From Bradymonadales bacterium (lineage in GTDB: Bacteria > Bdellovibrionota > UBA2394): 46,127 nt of DNA. Position numbers and translations under genes: made by a program. A model generated the notes under the pieces. The model searched no databases, was not told the origin of the DNA, and saw only the letters and a program-made list of their open reading frames with translations. This document shows positions 9,989-19,023 of this stretch, piece by piece (positions within the stretch are counted from its first letter, which is position 1; each line of letters begins with the position of its first letter). The DNA is taken from NCBI GenBank assembly GCA_007693605.1, contig REDG01000028.1, positions 1-46,127 of the forward strand, written 5' to 3'.

Positions 9989-12364
9989 ATGGCTGATCCG
10001 AGACAAAGCCCGATGATGAAGCAATGGAGATCGCTTAAGGCGCAGGCTGGGGGGAATCTTTTGTTCTTTCGTCTGGGAGATTTTTACGAACTGTTCGAAC
10101 AAGATGCGGTGCAGGCGGCTCCTCTGATGGGGGTGACTCTGACCTCCAGAAATAGAAAAGCAGAAGATGAAGAGCCCATCCCTCTGTGTGGAGTGCCGGT
10201 TCATCAGTTTGAGGTTTATGCTCACAAGCTTTTGGACAAAGCCAAAGCAATCTCGGTGGCAGAGCAGACCGAAGATCCCCAGTCGACAAAGGGCTTGGTT
10301 CGACGAGAAATTGTACAGGAACTCACGCCGGGAATGCGCCTCTTGGCCAATGAGGATCGGCCTCACTACACGGCTCTTATCGTCGGGAAAGAAGAGGATT
10401 GGATTCTCGCCGCTTGTGATATTGCGACTGGGCATGCGCTTATTGAACGAGGCGAAAGCCTAGAGGCTCTAGAGGATGCAGTTTCTCGACTTCCCATCGA
10501 AGATTTACGCATTCCCCATGGCACGAAGCTTTCTTGTTCGGTTGGTTTTCAGCGAGCTTGCCACCTACTCCTTCCCCGTCAGGCCCGCGCCAGACTCATG
10601 GAGGCCTTTTTATTGACGGATCTTTCAGACCTTCCCCTTCAGTCTGAGCTGGAGATGCAATGTTTAGGAAGTCTAATCGAAATCTGTCAAAGGGCTCAGC
10701 CCCTAACGCCTCTTCGATTTACCCCCTTTCAGGAGCAAGCGCATTTAGTGTGGATGGGGGCCAGCACTCGAAGACATCTTCATTTGTTTGAACCCAAAGA
10801 ACAGAACCTTTTCCAGCTTTTGGATCAAACCCAAACAGCCTTTGGCCGCCGAGAGCTAAAGAGCTTGATGATGCACCCCACACAATCGTCTAAAGAAATT
10901 CGAAATCGCCAAGAGCTGCTTCGGTACTTGAAGCAAAAGCCTTTCGAGAGGTCTCAGCTCAGAAAGTCTCTCAAAAGAGTCTACGATCTTGAAAGGCTTC
11001 TTCGAAGAAAGCGCCAGGCTCCCCAACTCTTTCAAATTGCTCAAAGCCTGCAAGCCAGTTTAGAGGCCGTGAGAGCTCTGTCTGATGAACTCCCGTTTTT
11101 CCGAGAACTCAAAGAGGAGTTTTCGGCTTTTGAACAACTTTCTCAACAATTTGAAAGAGAACTATCCTGGAGCGAAGAGCCTCATGCGGGTTGGATCGCT
11201 GAAAAAGTGAACCCCTCTCTTGATGAGCTGCGCGAACTACAAAAGAGGGCTCAAAAGGCTCTGAGCGATATGGAGCTCTCCCTTCGAGAGAAGTTTAAGG
11301 TCACGCATCTAAAGATTAAATTTCATCAAACGCATGGATTTGTGATGGAAGTTTCTCGCTCTCAGCGAGATAAGATTCCCGAGGGCGTGCCGAGAGTTCA
11401 AAGCCTAACTCAGGCGGATCGTTTCAAGCCTAGTGAGTTGAAAGACTTGGAGTCCAAGATCTTAAGCCTGGAGAGAAGAATTCGAGAGGCTGAAGAAGCC
11501 GAGATTCAGCGCCTTTACGAAGAACTCGAACGAGTTCGCCCAGCCTTGAGCCCCGCTTTGAAGAAGCTCGCTCGTCTTGATTGCTTTCAGTCTCTTGCAG
11601 AAGTCTCTACACGAGAAAACTGGTCTTCGCCCCAGGCACTCGACAAGATCGGCCAAGTTCGGCTCGAAGAAGCTTGGCACCCACTAACAAAGGAAAACTT
11701 TATCCCTTTGAGTTTTGAGCTCGACCAAGACCGACAACGTTGCCTTCTTTTGACCGGACCGAATATGGCAGGAAAGAGCAGCCTTCTTCGAGTGGCCGCT
11801 CTTTGCGCCTTTTTGCACCAGATTGGAAGCGACATTCCCGCTCGTGCCGGACACTTGAGCCGCTTTGACCGCATCTCCTGTCGCATGGGGGCTCATGATG
11901 ATTTACTTTTCGGCAAGAGTACATTTTTTGTGGAAATGAAAGAGGTGGCCCAAATGCTTCAAGGAGCGACCGAACAGAGTCTGCTTCTCTTTGACGAGAT
12001 CGGTCGGGGAACTTCCACCTATGATGGAATGAGTTTGGCCTGGGCCATTACCGAAGAGGTTCATGGACTCAAAGCTCTCAGCATTGTGGCCACTCACTAC
12101 TTGGAACTTGCGGCCCTAGAGCAAAGCTGCAAGGCATTGAAAAACTACCACTTAGGAGTCAGAGAGATTCGAGGCAAATTGATTTTCACGCGAAAACTCG
12201 AAGCCGGTCCTGCTTCTCAGAGTTATGGCATTCAGGTCGCACGGCTCGCCGAGCTGCCGCCTGCTTTGCTCGCCAGAGCCGAAAAGAAGCTGAAAGACTT
12301 GGAAAGGAAGCGGAGCCCGAAGGCCCCCTTGTTCGAATGGGTGGAGTCCCAGCGCTATGTCTAG
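9989..12364 (+). CDS. mutS: DNA mismatch repair protein MutS (MutS1)
   Basis: SPMMKQW, RLGDFYELF, TGPNMAGKS, DEIGRGTS, ATHY, SYGIQVARLA. Confidence 0.96.
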   Translation: MADPRQSPMMKQWRSLKAQAGGNLLFFRLGDFYELFEQDAVQAAPLMGVTLTSRNRKAEDEEPIPLCGVPVHQFEVYAHKLLDKAKAISVAEQTEDPQSTKGLVRREIVQELTPGMRLLANEDRPHYTALIVGKEEDWILAACDIATGHALIERGESLEALEDAVSRLPIEDLRIPHGTKLSCSVGFQRACHLLLPRQARARLMEAFLLTDLSDLPLQSELEMQCLGSLIEICQRAQPLTPLRFTPFQEQAHLVWMGASTRRHLHLFEPKEQNLFQLLDQTQTAFGRRELKSLMMHPTQSSKEIRNRQELLRYLKQKPFERSQLRKSLKRVYDLERLLRRKRQAPQLFQIAQSLQASLEAVRALSDELPFFRELKEEFSAFEQLSQQFERELSWSEEPHAGWIAEKVNPSLDELRELQKRAQKALSDMELSLREKFKVTHLKIKFHQTHGFVMEVSRSQRDKIPEGVPRVQSLTQADRFKPSELKDLESKILSLERRIREAEEAEIQRLYEELERVRPALSPALKKLARLDCFQSLAEVSTRENWSSPQALDKIGQVRLEEAWHPLTKENFIPLSFELDQDRQRCLLLTGPNMAGKSSLLRVAALCAFLHQIGSDIPARAGHLSRFDRISCRMGAHDDLLFGKSTFFVEMKEVAQMLQGATEQSLLLFDEIGRGTSTYDGMSLAWAITEEVHGLKALSIVATHYLELAALEQSCKALKNYHLGVREIRGKLIFTRKLEAGPASQSYGIQVARLAELPPALLARAEKKLKDLERKRSPKAPLFEWVESQRYV

Positions 12365-12779
12365 ACGAATGGGTCGAGTTTATGATTTGAAAAGTCTTTT
12401 TGATCGGCTGAACCGAATCTATTTTGACGGGAGATTGTCAGACATTCAAGTGGAGTGGGCCAACCGAAAGCCCGAGCGCGCTCTTCGCTCGGTGACCCTG
12501 GGTGAGTACTTTGCCGACCGAAAACTCATTCGAATTTCAAGGCGGCTCGATCAGGCCAGGGTTCCACTTTTCTTTCTAGAGCATATTTTGTTTCATGAAA
12601 TGCTCCACGCGGTTTTTCCCAGAGACTCTCACAAAATGCATACCGAAAAGTTTCGAAAGTTTGAGCGAATGCAGCCCGACTACGAAAGGGCCAAGGCCTG
12701 GGAGAAAAAGAATCTAAAGCTTCTTTTTGAGGCCGACCAGATGAATCTCTTCACCAGAAAGAAACGAATTGAGCTCTAG
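12357..12779 (+). CDS. SprT-like zinc metalloprotease
   Basis: FDRLNRIYF, HEMLH (12594-12608), downstream HTEKF; overlaps the mutS end by 8 bp. Confidence 0.85.
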   Translation: MSRRMGRVYDLKSLFDRLNRIYFDGRLSDIQVEWANRKPERALRSVTLGEYFADRKLIRISRRLDQARVPLFFLEHILFHEMLHAVFPRDSHKMHTEKFRKFERMQPDYERAKAWEKKNLKLLFEADQMNLFTRKKRIEL

Positions 12780-12850
12780 AAAATTTAATTCCGCTTTCCA
12801 GAGGTCTCGATCCCCCTCCTCCCTCGTCCCCCTGTCAGAGCCCGCCTTCT

Positions 12851-13207
12851 TTACTGCCCCCGCCTCTCCCAACGCCGTCGCCCGTTATTATGCCGCCGAC
12901 AAAGCAGCCGAAGATTCGCCTCACTCGACTCTCCCCCTCTCGAAAACTCCAATATATCATCCCACTCCAGCCCAAAGCTCGAACCACAGGGCCTTCCCGT
13001 CCTTGGCTCCACAAAAACACAAGCCCCAGCATCTCTCTTCCACACCTCCGCTCGCACAGATTTTGGAATATGCCGACTTCGCTTCCCTTTAGTCCGAACT
13101 TTCACCCCTTCGCCGCCAGCGGCTGAAACAAATTCCGTAGCGGAAGCAGCCCGCCCCCGACTGCTCTCCAGATTCTCAGATTTGATGCCCGGGCTTAGAA
13201 AAACCCG
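12851..13207 (-). pseudogene. HNH endonuclease C-terminal remnant
   Basis: RHIP..VWKRD..C..C..LEWDDI..GG..NLRLLCRRHN; usual DHI reads DDI; frame open to about 13207 with no ATG. Confidence 0.7.
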
Positions 13208-13606
13208 TCAACAAAAAAATAAAAATAAGTCCCTTAAAAACATATTTTTATTTTTTGGGAAGGAACGAGGGGGTGGCAGTTAAAAAATGAACGGGCCCAA
13301 AGTCATGGAAGTCTAAACTTTCACTTTTTAGAAGAACGAATCTGCAGCAAGATCTCGTTTATCAGAAAAATCACTTCCGCTCCGGCAGTGAATCCCTTCC
13401 CCAGTTTGAGAAGTCAAACCCGACTCCAAAAACATAGAAAAATGAAGATGAGTTTTTCGAGTACTCATTTTCAATTTTTTGGGCAGAGGAAGGGGGCTAA
13501 GAAACGAATGTCTCAGGAGTTTTTGCAGAGTCGCACCTGCTCATTGGGGTGGGGTTTCTAAGGGATTGAATTTACACGTTTTTTTCTATTGTCTTGGATT
13601 TTTTTC

Positions 13607-13622
13607 TGGTACTCCTCTTGCA
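13607..13622 (+). promoter_or_regulatory. Putative sigma54 promoter
   Basis: TGGTACT-CCTC-TTGCA, 25 nt upstream of ATG 13648. Confidence 0.6.
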
Positions 13623-13647
13623 GGCTAGTAAGGCTAGGTGCTCTACG

Positions 13648-14127
13648 ATGTGGTTTTTTAGAATATGTCTCTACCAGGCTTTTTTTATGGCGGCTCTCGT
13701 CGTCTATGATCGGTCGCCTCTTTTGGCCTCGGCCCTTCGCTCTTCGTCTCCTTCCTCTTCGGCGAAGAGCTGCTCGTTGAGCTTTACGCGCCTCAGTCTT
13801 ATCCAGAGAGTTAAAGCGCTTGAGGCGGAAAAGGAGGGGCTGGCCAAGAAGCGCGATGCCCTCAAAAAAGAATTAGACAGGCGTTTTCAAACGAGCGCGC
13901 CTACTCGCGATCAAGCCCCTGAAGGCCTGAATTCAGGTAATCCTCTGGCAACAACTTCTGAACTGCTTGGTATGATGTCGCCCCTCATTCTTGATCTCGC
14001 CAATACAACAGCAGCGAAACAAATCATTGCTGATTATGGTTTTCGTATACTGCAGCTTGAGAGGCAAATTCACGAGCTACATCTTGAACTCAATGAGTTG
14101 GCAGCATCCCAAAACGAACAGCCCTAA
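13648..14127 (+). CDS. Hypothetical exported coiled-coil protein (start re-assigned to ATG 13648)
   Basis: Hydrophobic N-terminus, Ser-rich linker, heptad-like segments; the ORF-track start 13594 lies upstream of the predicted promoter. Confidence 0.55.
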   Translation: MWFFRICLYQAFFMAALVVYDRSPLLASALRSSSPSSSAKSCSLSFTRLSLIQRVKALEAEKEGLAKKRDALKKELDRRFQTSAPTRDQAPEGLNSGNPLATTSELLGMMSPLILDLANTTAAKQIIADYGFRILQLERQIHELHLELNELAASQNEQP

Positions 14128-14269
14128 CGAACTAGACTTGGACTTGAATTTTTCTGAGGCTCCAATTTTGGGGTTGCATCGATCTGAGGGCAAGCATCCC
14201 GCAGTGGGGCCCCCAATTCCCCCTGAGTCTTCACTTGATCTCTAGGGGCTTTTTATTCAGGTTAGAGCC

Positions 14270-14620
14270 GTGAAACTGGATTTGGAACAAGTCTCTCGGC
14301 TGGCCTATCTCTCTCTGACGGAGAGCGAAAAGGCTCGTTTTGAAAAGCAGCTAGAAGAGATTTTGAATTTTGTCGATCAACTGCAGCAAGTGCCCATGAC
14401 CGCAGAAGAAACAAAGAAAATGGGGCAGTTTCATGTCCAAACCGCCTTTTATGAGTCCCTCAAACTCGACCCTCTTGAGAAACTAAGACCAGACAGCGAG
14501 CAAAGCGAAGAACTTCAGAGCCTCGTCCTCACGAACGAAGAAGCCACTCAGAATGCCCCTAAAGCCTCAGGCCTTCCAAACGAGCTTTTGTACGAAGTGC
14601 CTTCCATTATGGAGAACTAA
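14270..14620 (+). CDS. gatC: Asp/Glu-tRNA amidotransferase subunit C
   Basis: VSRLAYLSL, QLEEILNFVDQL, NAP..VPSI; precedes gatA. Confidence 0.9.
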   Translation: MKLDLEQVSRLAYLSLTESEKARFEKQLEEILNFVDQLQQVPMTAEETKKMGQFHVQTAFYESLKLDPLEKLRPDSEQSEELQSLVLTNEEATQNAPKASGLPNELLYEVPSIMEN

Positions 14621-14625
14621 AACTC

Positions 14626-16071
14626 GTGGGACGACTTCACCAGCTTTTACGAAATTTCAAAGAGAAGAAAGCCTCGTATCGAGAGTATTACTCTGACGAA
14701 ATGCCCAAGATCAAAAGAAGAAACGAGGAGCTTGGCGCTTATTTAGAAATCTTTGAAGAGCTGGTAGAAACACAAGTTACTGAACTCGAGTCTGGAAAGC
14801 GCGCGGGCCGTTTGGCGGGCCTACCCTTGGCCATCAAAGACATTATCTCCATTCAAGGTCAGCGGCTCACGGCAGCCAGTAAAATTCTTGAAAACTATCG
14901 AGCGCCCCGATCAGCCACCGTCGTCGAACGACTAGATCGAGAAGGCGCCGTATTTGTGGGTCGCTCCAATTGTGACGAGTTCGCCATGGGCTCGTCAAAT
15001 GAGAACTCGGCCTACGGTCCGGCCAAAAACCCCTTCGATTTAAGTCGAAGTCCGGGCGGAAGTTCTGGCGGCTCCGCATCGGCTGTAGCCGGGGAACTCT
15101 GTGTCGGCGCCCTCGGCACCGATACCGGCGGAAGCATTCGACTTCCGGCGGCCTTCTGTGGAATCACAGGCTTGAAACCCACCTACGGACGAGTTTCTCG
15201 ATCGGGAGTGATCGCCTTTGCCAGCTCTCTAGATCAAGTCGGACCGATGGCCGACGATGCCCTCGATTGCGCCGAGATCCTTCAAGTCATTTCAGGCGCA
15301 GACCCTCGCGACAGCACGGCAATGAAGGTTCCGGTCGAAGACTTCGTGAAGGCTTGCGAGCCAAGCCCGCTGAAAGATCTGAAAATCGGTTACTCTCCCG
15401 ACTATCTAGAGTCAGAGTCCCTGCCGGAGGCCTATAAAAAGGAGCTGCAAGAAGCCAAAAGAAGTTTTGAAAAGCTTGGCGCAAAATTTTACCCGATGAC
15501 ATTAGAACATCTGCCCTATTCCATTGCCGCCTACTACATCATCGCGCCCGCCGAGGCCTCGAGCAATCTGGCTCGCTATGATGGGGTGAGATTTGGTCAC
15601 CGAACCAAGGCCTTTGAAAGTCTTAAAGAGATGATTGTCCAAAGTCGTTCGGAAGGCTTCGGAGATGAAGTCAAAAGAAGAATCATGATCGGAAGTTTTG
15701 CGCTGAGTTCAGGCTATTTTGATGCCTACTACTCGAAGGCCCAGTTTGTGCGCTCTTTGATTCAAAAGGAGTTTTTGGAAGCCTTCAAAAAGGTTGACCT
15801 GTTGTTCTGGCCAAGCTCCCCACGCCCCCCTTTCCCTTTGGGCAAAGAAGAGAAAGATCCTTTGAGTTTGTATTTGGCCGACATCTTTACCATTCCTGTC
15901 AACCTGGCAGGACTCCCCGCCTTGAGTTTTCCGATTGGCTACGATGAAGACTCCCTTCCGATTGGGGCTCAACTGATCGGAAGAGCCTTTGCCGAAGCGG
16001 AGTTGCTAAGAAGTCTGGCTGCTTATGAACGAGAACGACCCTTTGAAAAGAGGCCACTCGCATGTCATTAG
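14626..16071 (+). CDS. gatA: Asp/Glu-tRNA amidotransferase subunit A
   Basis: AIKDII, PGGSSGGS, GTDTGGSIRLPA, SSNLARYDG, EVKRRIMIG. Confidence 0.97.
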   Translation: MGRLHQLLRNFKEKKASYREYYSDEMPKIKRRNEELGAYLEIFEELVETQVTELESGKRAGRLAGLPLAIKDIISIQGQRLTAASKILENYRAPRSATVVERLDREGAVFVGRSNCDEFAMGSSNENSAYGPAKNPFDLSRSPGGSSGGSASAVAGELCVGALGTDTGGSIRLPAAFCGITGLKPTYGRVSRSGVIAFASSLDQVGPMADDALDCAEILQVISGADPRDSTAMKVPVEDFVKACEPSPLKDLKIGYSPDYLESESLPEAYKKELQEAKRSFEKLGAKFYPMTLEHLPYSIAAYYIIAPAEASSNLARYDGVRFGHRTKAFESLKEMIVQSRSEGFGDEVKRRIMIGSFALSSGYFDAYYSKAQFVRSLIQKEFLEAFKKVDLLFWPSSPRPPFPLGKEEKDPLSLYLADIFTIPVNLAGLPALSFPIGYDEDSLPIGAQLIGRAFAEAELLRSLAAYERERPFEKRPLACH

Positions 16072-17516
16072 AAGAGTTCTCAAAGTCGCATGAAATCGTC
16101 ATTGGGCTAGAAGTTCATGCCCAACTCACAACAGACTTTAAACTGATGAGCCCGGCGAGTAACCGCTTTGGAAAGTCGCCCAACTCTTCGGTTTCAAGCG
16201 TCTGTACGGGAATGCCAGGGGCTCTGCCCGTATTGAACCAAAAGGCCATTGAGATGGCCGTCAAAACCGCACTGGCCCTTCACTGCAAGATTCAAAGCCC
16301 CAATGTGTTTTCGCGAAAGCATTATTTTTATCCGGACCTTCCGAAGGGCTATCAGATTTCACAATATGATTTACCCTATGCTAAATCGGGCCGCGTAGAG
16401 TTTTATCTGGAAGGCCAGAAAAGGTCGGTGGGGCTTCAACGAATTCATATGGAAGAAGACGCCGGAAAAAATCTTCATTTCGGCGATCAGGGAATTTCTT
16501 TGGTGGATTTGAATCGATCTTCCGTTCCTCTGATCGAGATTGTTTCAGAGCCTGAGCTTCGCTCGGCAGACGAAGCGGGGGCCTATTTGCGCGCTCTTCG
16601 TCGGGTGCTTCGCTACTTAGAAGTTTGCGACGGCAATATGGAAGAAGGCAATTTTCGCTGTGACGCCAATGTGAGCATTCGAAAACAGGGGGAAACACGA
16701 TTGGGAACTCGAGTGGAACTCAAAAACATCAACAGCTTTCGCAATCTTGAGCGAGCGATTCAGAACGAAGCGCTTCGACAGTGGGATCTTTTGAAGCAAG
16801 ATAAGCTCGTTGTACAAGAAACTCGAAGTTGGGATGCGAACGAGAACCTATCTCGATCAATGCGCTCTAAAGAAGAAGCGGCCGACTATCGTTATTTTCC
16901 AGAACCCGACCTGTTACCCCTCAGCCTTTCAGACGACTGGATCGAGAACCGAAGAAAGGCCCTTCCGGAGCTGCCGCTCGATCGCATGGAACGCTTTATG
17001 AAAGACTTCGAGCGATCGGCCTATGATGCTGAAGTTCTCACGAGCTCGAAACAGCTGGCCGATTATTTTGAAGAGATTGCCCTTCCGCTCAAAGACTATT
17101 CTCTGGCCTCGAACTTTATTCAGACGACGGTTCTGGCAAGTTTACAAGATGTAGAGAAAGGCCTCGAAGATTTCTACCCCGACGCCCCGGCCTTAACAGA
17201 ACTTTTGCAGGAGCTAAAACAGGGCAAGCTCTCGCTGAATATGGCAAAAGAAGTTTTCGAAGAAATGAAAACGAGCCGTCAGCCAGCTTCAAAGATCATC
17301 TCTGAAAAGGGCCTCTCTCAAGTCAACGACGATTCGATTCTACGAAGCTGTGTCAAGACTGTCATTCAGAATCACCCCGCTCAACTTGAGCAGTTTAAAG
17401 CCGGCAAAGACAAGCTTTTCGGTTTCTTTATGGGTCAATGCCAGAAGGAACTTAAGGGAAAGGGAAATCCTGCGACTTTGAAAGCTTTACTTGAAGAGGA
17501 ATTAAAGCAAAGCTAG
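16062..17516 (+). CDS. gatB: Asp/Glu-tRNA amidotransferase subunit B
   Basis: IGLEVHAQL, YFYPDLPKGYQISQ, HMEEDAGK, RCDANVS, DYRYFPEPDL. Confidence 0.98.
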   Translation: MSLEEFSKSHEIVIGLEVHAQLTTDFKLMSPASNRFGKSPNSSVSSVCTGMPGALPVLNQKAIEMAVKTALALHCKIQSPNVFSRKHYFYPDLPKGYQISQYDLPYAKSGRVEFYLEGQKRSVGLQRIHMEEDAGKNLHFGDQGISLVDLNRSSVPLIEIVSEPELRSADEAGAYLRALRRVLRYLEVCDGNMEEGNFRCDANVSIRKQGETRLGTRVELKNINSFRNLERAIQNEALRQWDLLKQDKLVVQETRSWDANENLSRSMRSKEEAADYRYFPEPDLLPLSLSDDWIENRRKALPELPLDRMERFMKDFERSAYDAEVLTSSKQLADYFEEIALPLKDYSLASNFIQTTVLASLQDVEKGLEDFYPDAPALTELLQELKQGKLSLNMAKEVFEEMKTSRQPASKIISEKGLSQVNDDSILRSCVKTVIQNHPAQLEQFKAGKDKLFGFFMGQCQKELKGKGNPATLKALLEEELKQS

Positions 17517-17602
17517 GGGGCGAAAACGGAAGACAGGAAACCTGTAAAACTGCCGGAGGTGATATGCTAGCATCGCATGACAAAGCAGGAGGTAGAATCG
17601 AC

Positions 17603-18544
17603 ATGACCGCAAACAAAAAATTTCCGAAGCTCGGAACGAAGGTTTGGTGGAATGGCGAAATGATTCCGGCCGAGTCTGCCACGCTGCATGTTTCAGCTCA
17701 CAGTTTGCACTATGGCCTTGGTGTGTTTGAGGGGATTCGTGCCTACAAACAAAAAGACGGGGGCTTAGGCATCTTCAGAGGCTTTGATCATATGAGGCGC
17801 TTCGTCGACTCTTGTCGAATATCAGGCCTTCCGACCCCCTACTCGACAGAAGAACTTCTAGAAGCCTGCAAAAGTACCGTGAGGGAATCAGGATTCGAAG
17901 CTTGCTATTTAAGACCCATTGGATTTTTAGACGCCGGACCCTTAGGTGTCGCCTTTGACGCCAACACTCACCCCTTTACCATTGCCATTCTCAGTATGGA
18001 TTGGGGCAAGTACCTCGGAGCAGACGCTGCGAATCAGGGGGCCAAAATCAAGATTTCCTCTTTCACCAGGCATCACCCCAATATCGCCATGACTAAAGCC
18101 AAACTCACCGGAAACTATATCAACAGCGTGATGGCGAAGGTCGAAGCGAAACAAATGGGCTTTGATGAAGGAATTCTGCTCGATCCTGAGGGTTATGTGG
18201 CCGAAGGCTCCGGAGAAAATCTCTTTGTGGTGAAGCGAGGTAAAGTCATTACGCCCTCAGTTGAAAGTGTTCTGGAAGGAATCACAAGAGATACGGTCAT
18301 TCAGATTTTATCCGATATGGGCGTATCTTACCAAGAGAGGCGAATGAGCCGAGATGAACTCTATGCGGCTGATGAGGTTTTCTTTTCAGGAACTGCGGCA
18401 GAGATCACTCCCATTGCCGAAATTGATTTTCGAAAGATTGGAGACGGGCGCCCTGGAAAGCTCACACAAGAGATTTCAAAACGATTCTTTAGCATCGTCA
18501 CCGGCGAAAACAGCGAAAGGAAGGCTTGGATCGATCGCGTATGA
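17603..18544 (+). CDS. ilvE: Branched-chain amino acid aminotransferase (start ATG 17603)
   Basis: LHYGLGVFEGIRAY, AKLTGNY, EGSGENLF, LEGITR, GTAAEITP; AGGAGGT RBS. Confidence 0.95.
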   Translation: MTANKKFPKLGTKVWWNGEMIPAESATLHVSAHSLHYGLGVFEGIRAYKQKDGGLGIFRGFDHMRRFVDSCRISGLPTPYSTEELLEACKSTVRESGFEACYLRPIGFLDAGPLGVAFDANTHPFTIAILSMDWGKYLGADAANQGAKIKISSFTRHHPNIAMTKAKLTGNYINSVMAKVEAKQMGFDEGILLDPEGYVAEGSGENLFVVKRGKVITPSVESVLEGITRDTVIQILSDMGVSYQERRMSRDELYAADEVFFSGTAAEITPIAEIDFRKIGDGRPGKLTQEISKRFFSIVTGENSERKAWIDRV

Positions 18545-18969
18545 GACACGCCTTCTTGCTGGCTCTCGTTTTCTCTTTAGTGGGCTGCGCCAGTCGACCG
18601 GCTCCCGAAGCGGATATGTCCGCTCATCGAAAGACTTTCGTGGAGAGTCAGTTGACCCCTTCCGAACTCTTTCTGCACACCGAACAGTATTTGCAGTGGA
18701 TGCTCGGCTACAATATTCGACTGAGAGATGAAGATCGCGGTTTGTTGGTAACCGACTGGGTCATGGATGACCCGCACCTTCGACATCAGCTCTCCCTTCG
18801 AGTGAACCAGGGCTTGGAACAGGCCTCGCTTTTGACGGCGAATTTTACGGTTCAGGAGCTCAGGGGCGACGCTTGGGTAGAGATCCCCTCTGGAGGAGAG
18901 CCTGAGGAGGACCTTCTGGTCGAAATCGAGGAGCAGGTGCGCCGCATCGAAATTGAGCGCTTTCAGTAG
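18541..18969 (+). CDS. Lipoprotein, possibly BamC-like helix-grip domain
   Basis: MRHAFLLALVFSLVG-C lipobox; D..RGLLVTDW; ATGA overlap with ilvE stop. Confidence 0.75.
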   Translation: MRHAFLLALVFSLVGCASRPAPEADMSAHRKTFVESQLTPSELFLHTEQYLQWMLGYNIRLRDEDRGLLVTDWVMDDPHLRHQLSLRVNQGLEQASLLTANFTVQELRGDAWVEIPSGGEPEEDLLVEIEEQVRRIEIERFQ

Positions 18970-19023
18970 GCTCGGCTCTCAAACGGCTCGGAATTCGTTA
19001 CAATAAGGGGGCAAGGGGGAAAC

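Noticed and set aside
9989..12364. MutS2 or an anti-recombination MutS variant
   Set aside because: Has the GDFYE mismatch-binding domain I and no Smr domain, so MutS1; absence of mutL from the window is uninformative
12769..13126. Plus-strand ORFs of 107 and 78 aa
   Set aside because: Antisense shadows of the HNH remnant with no motifs
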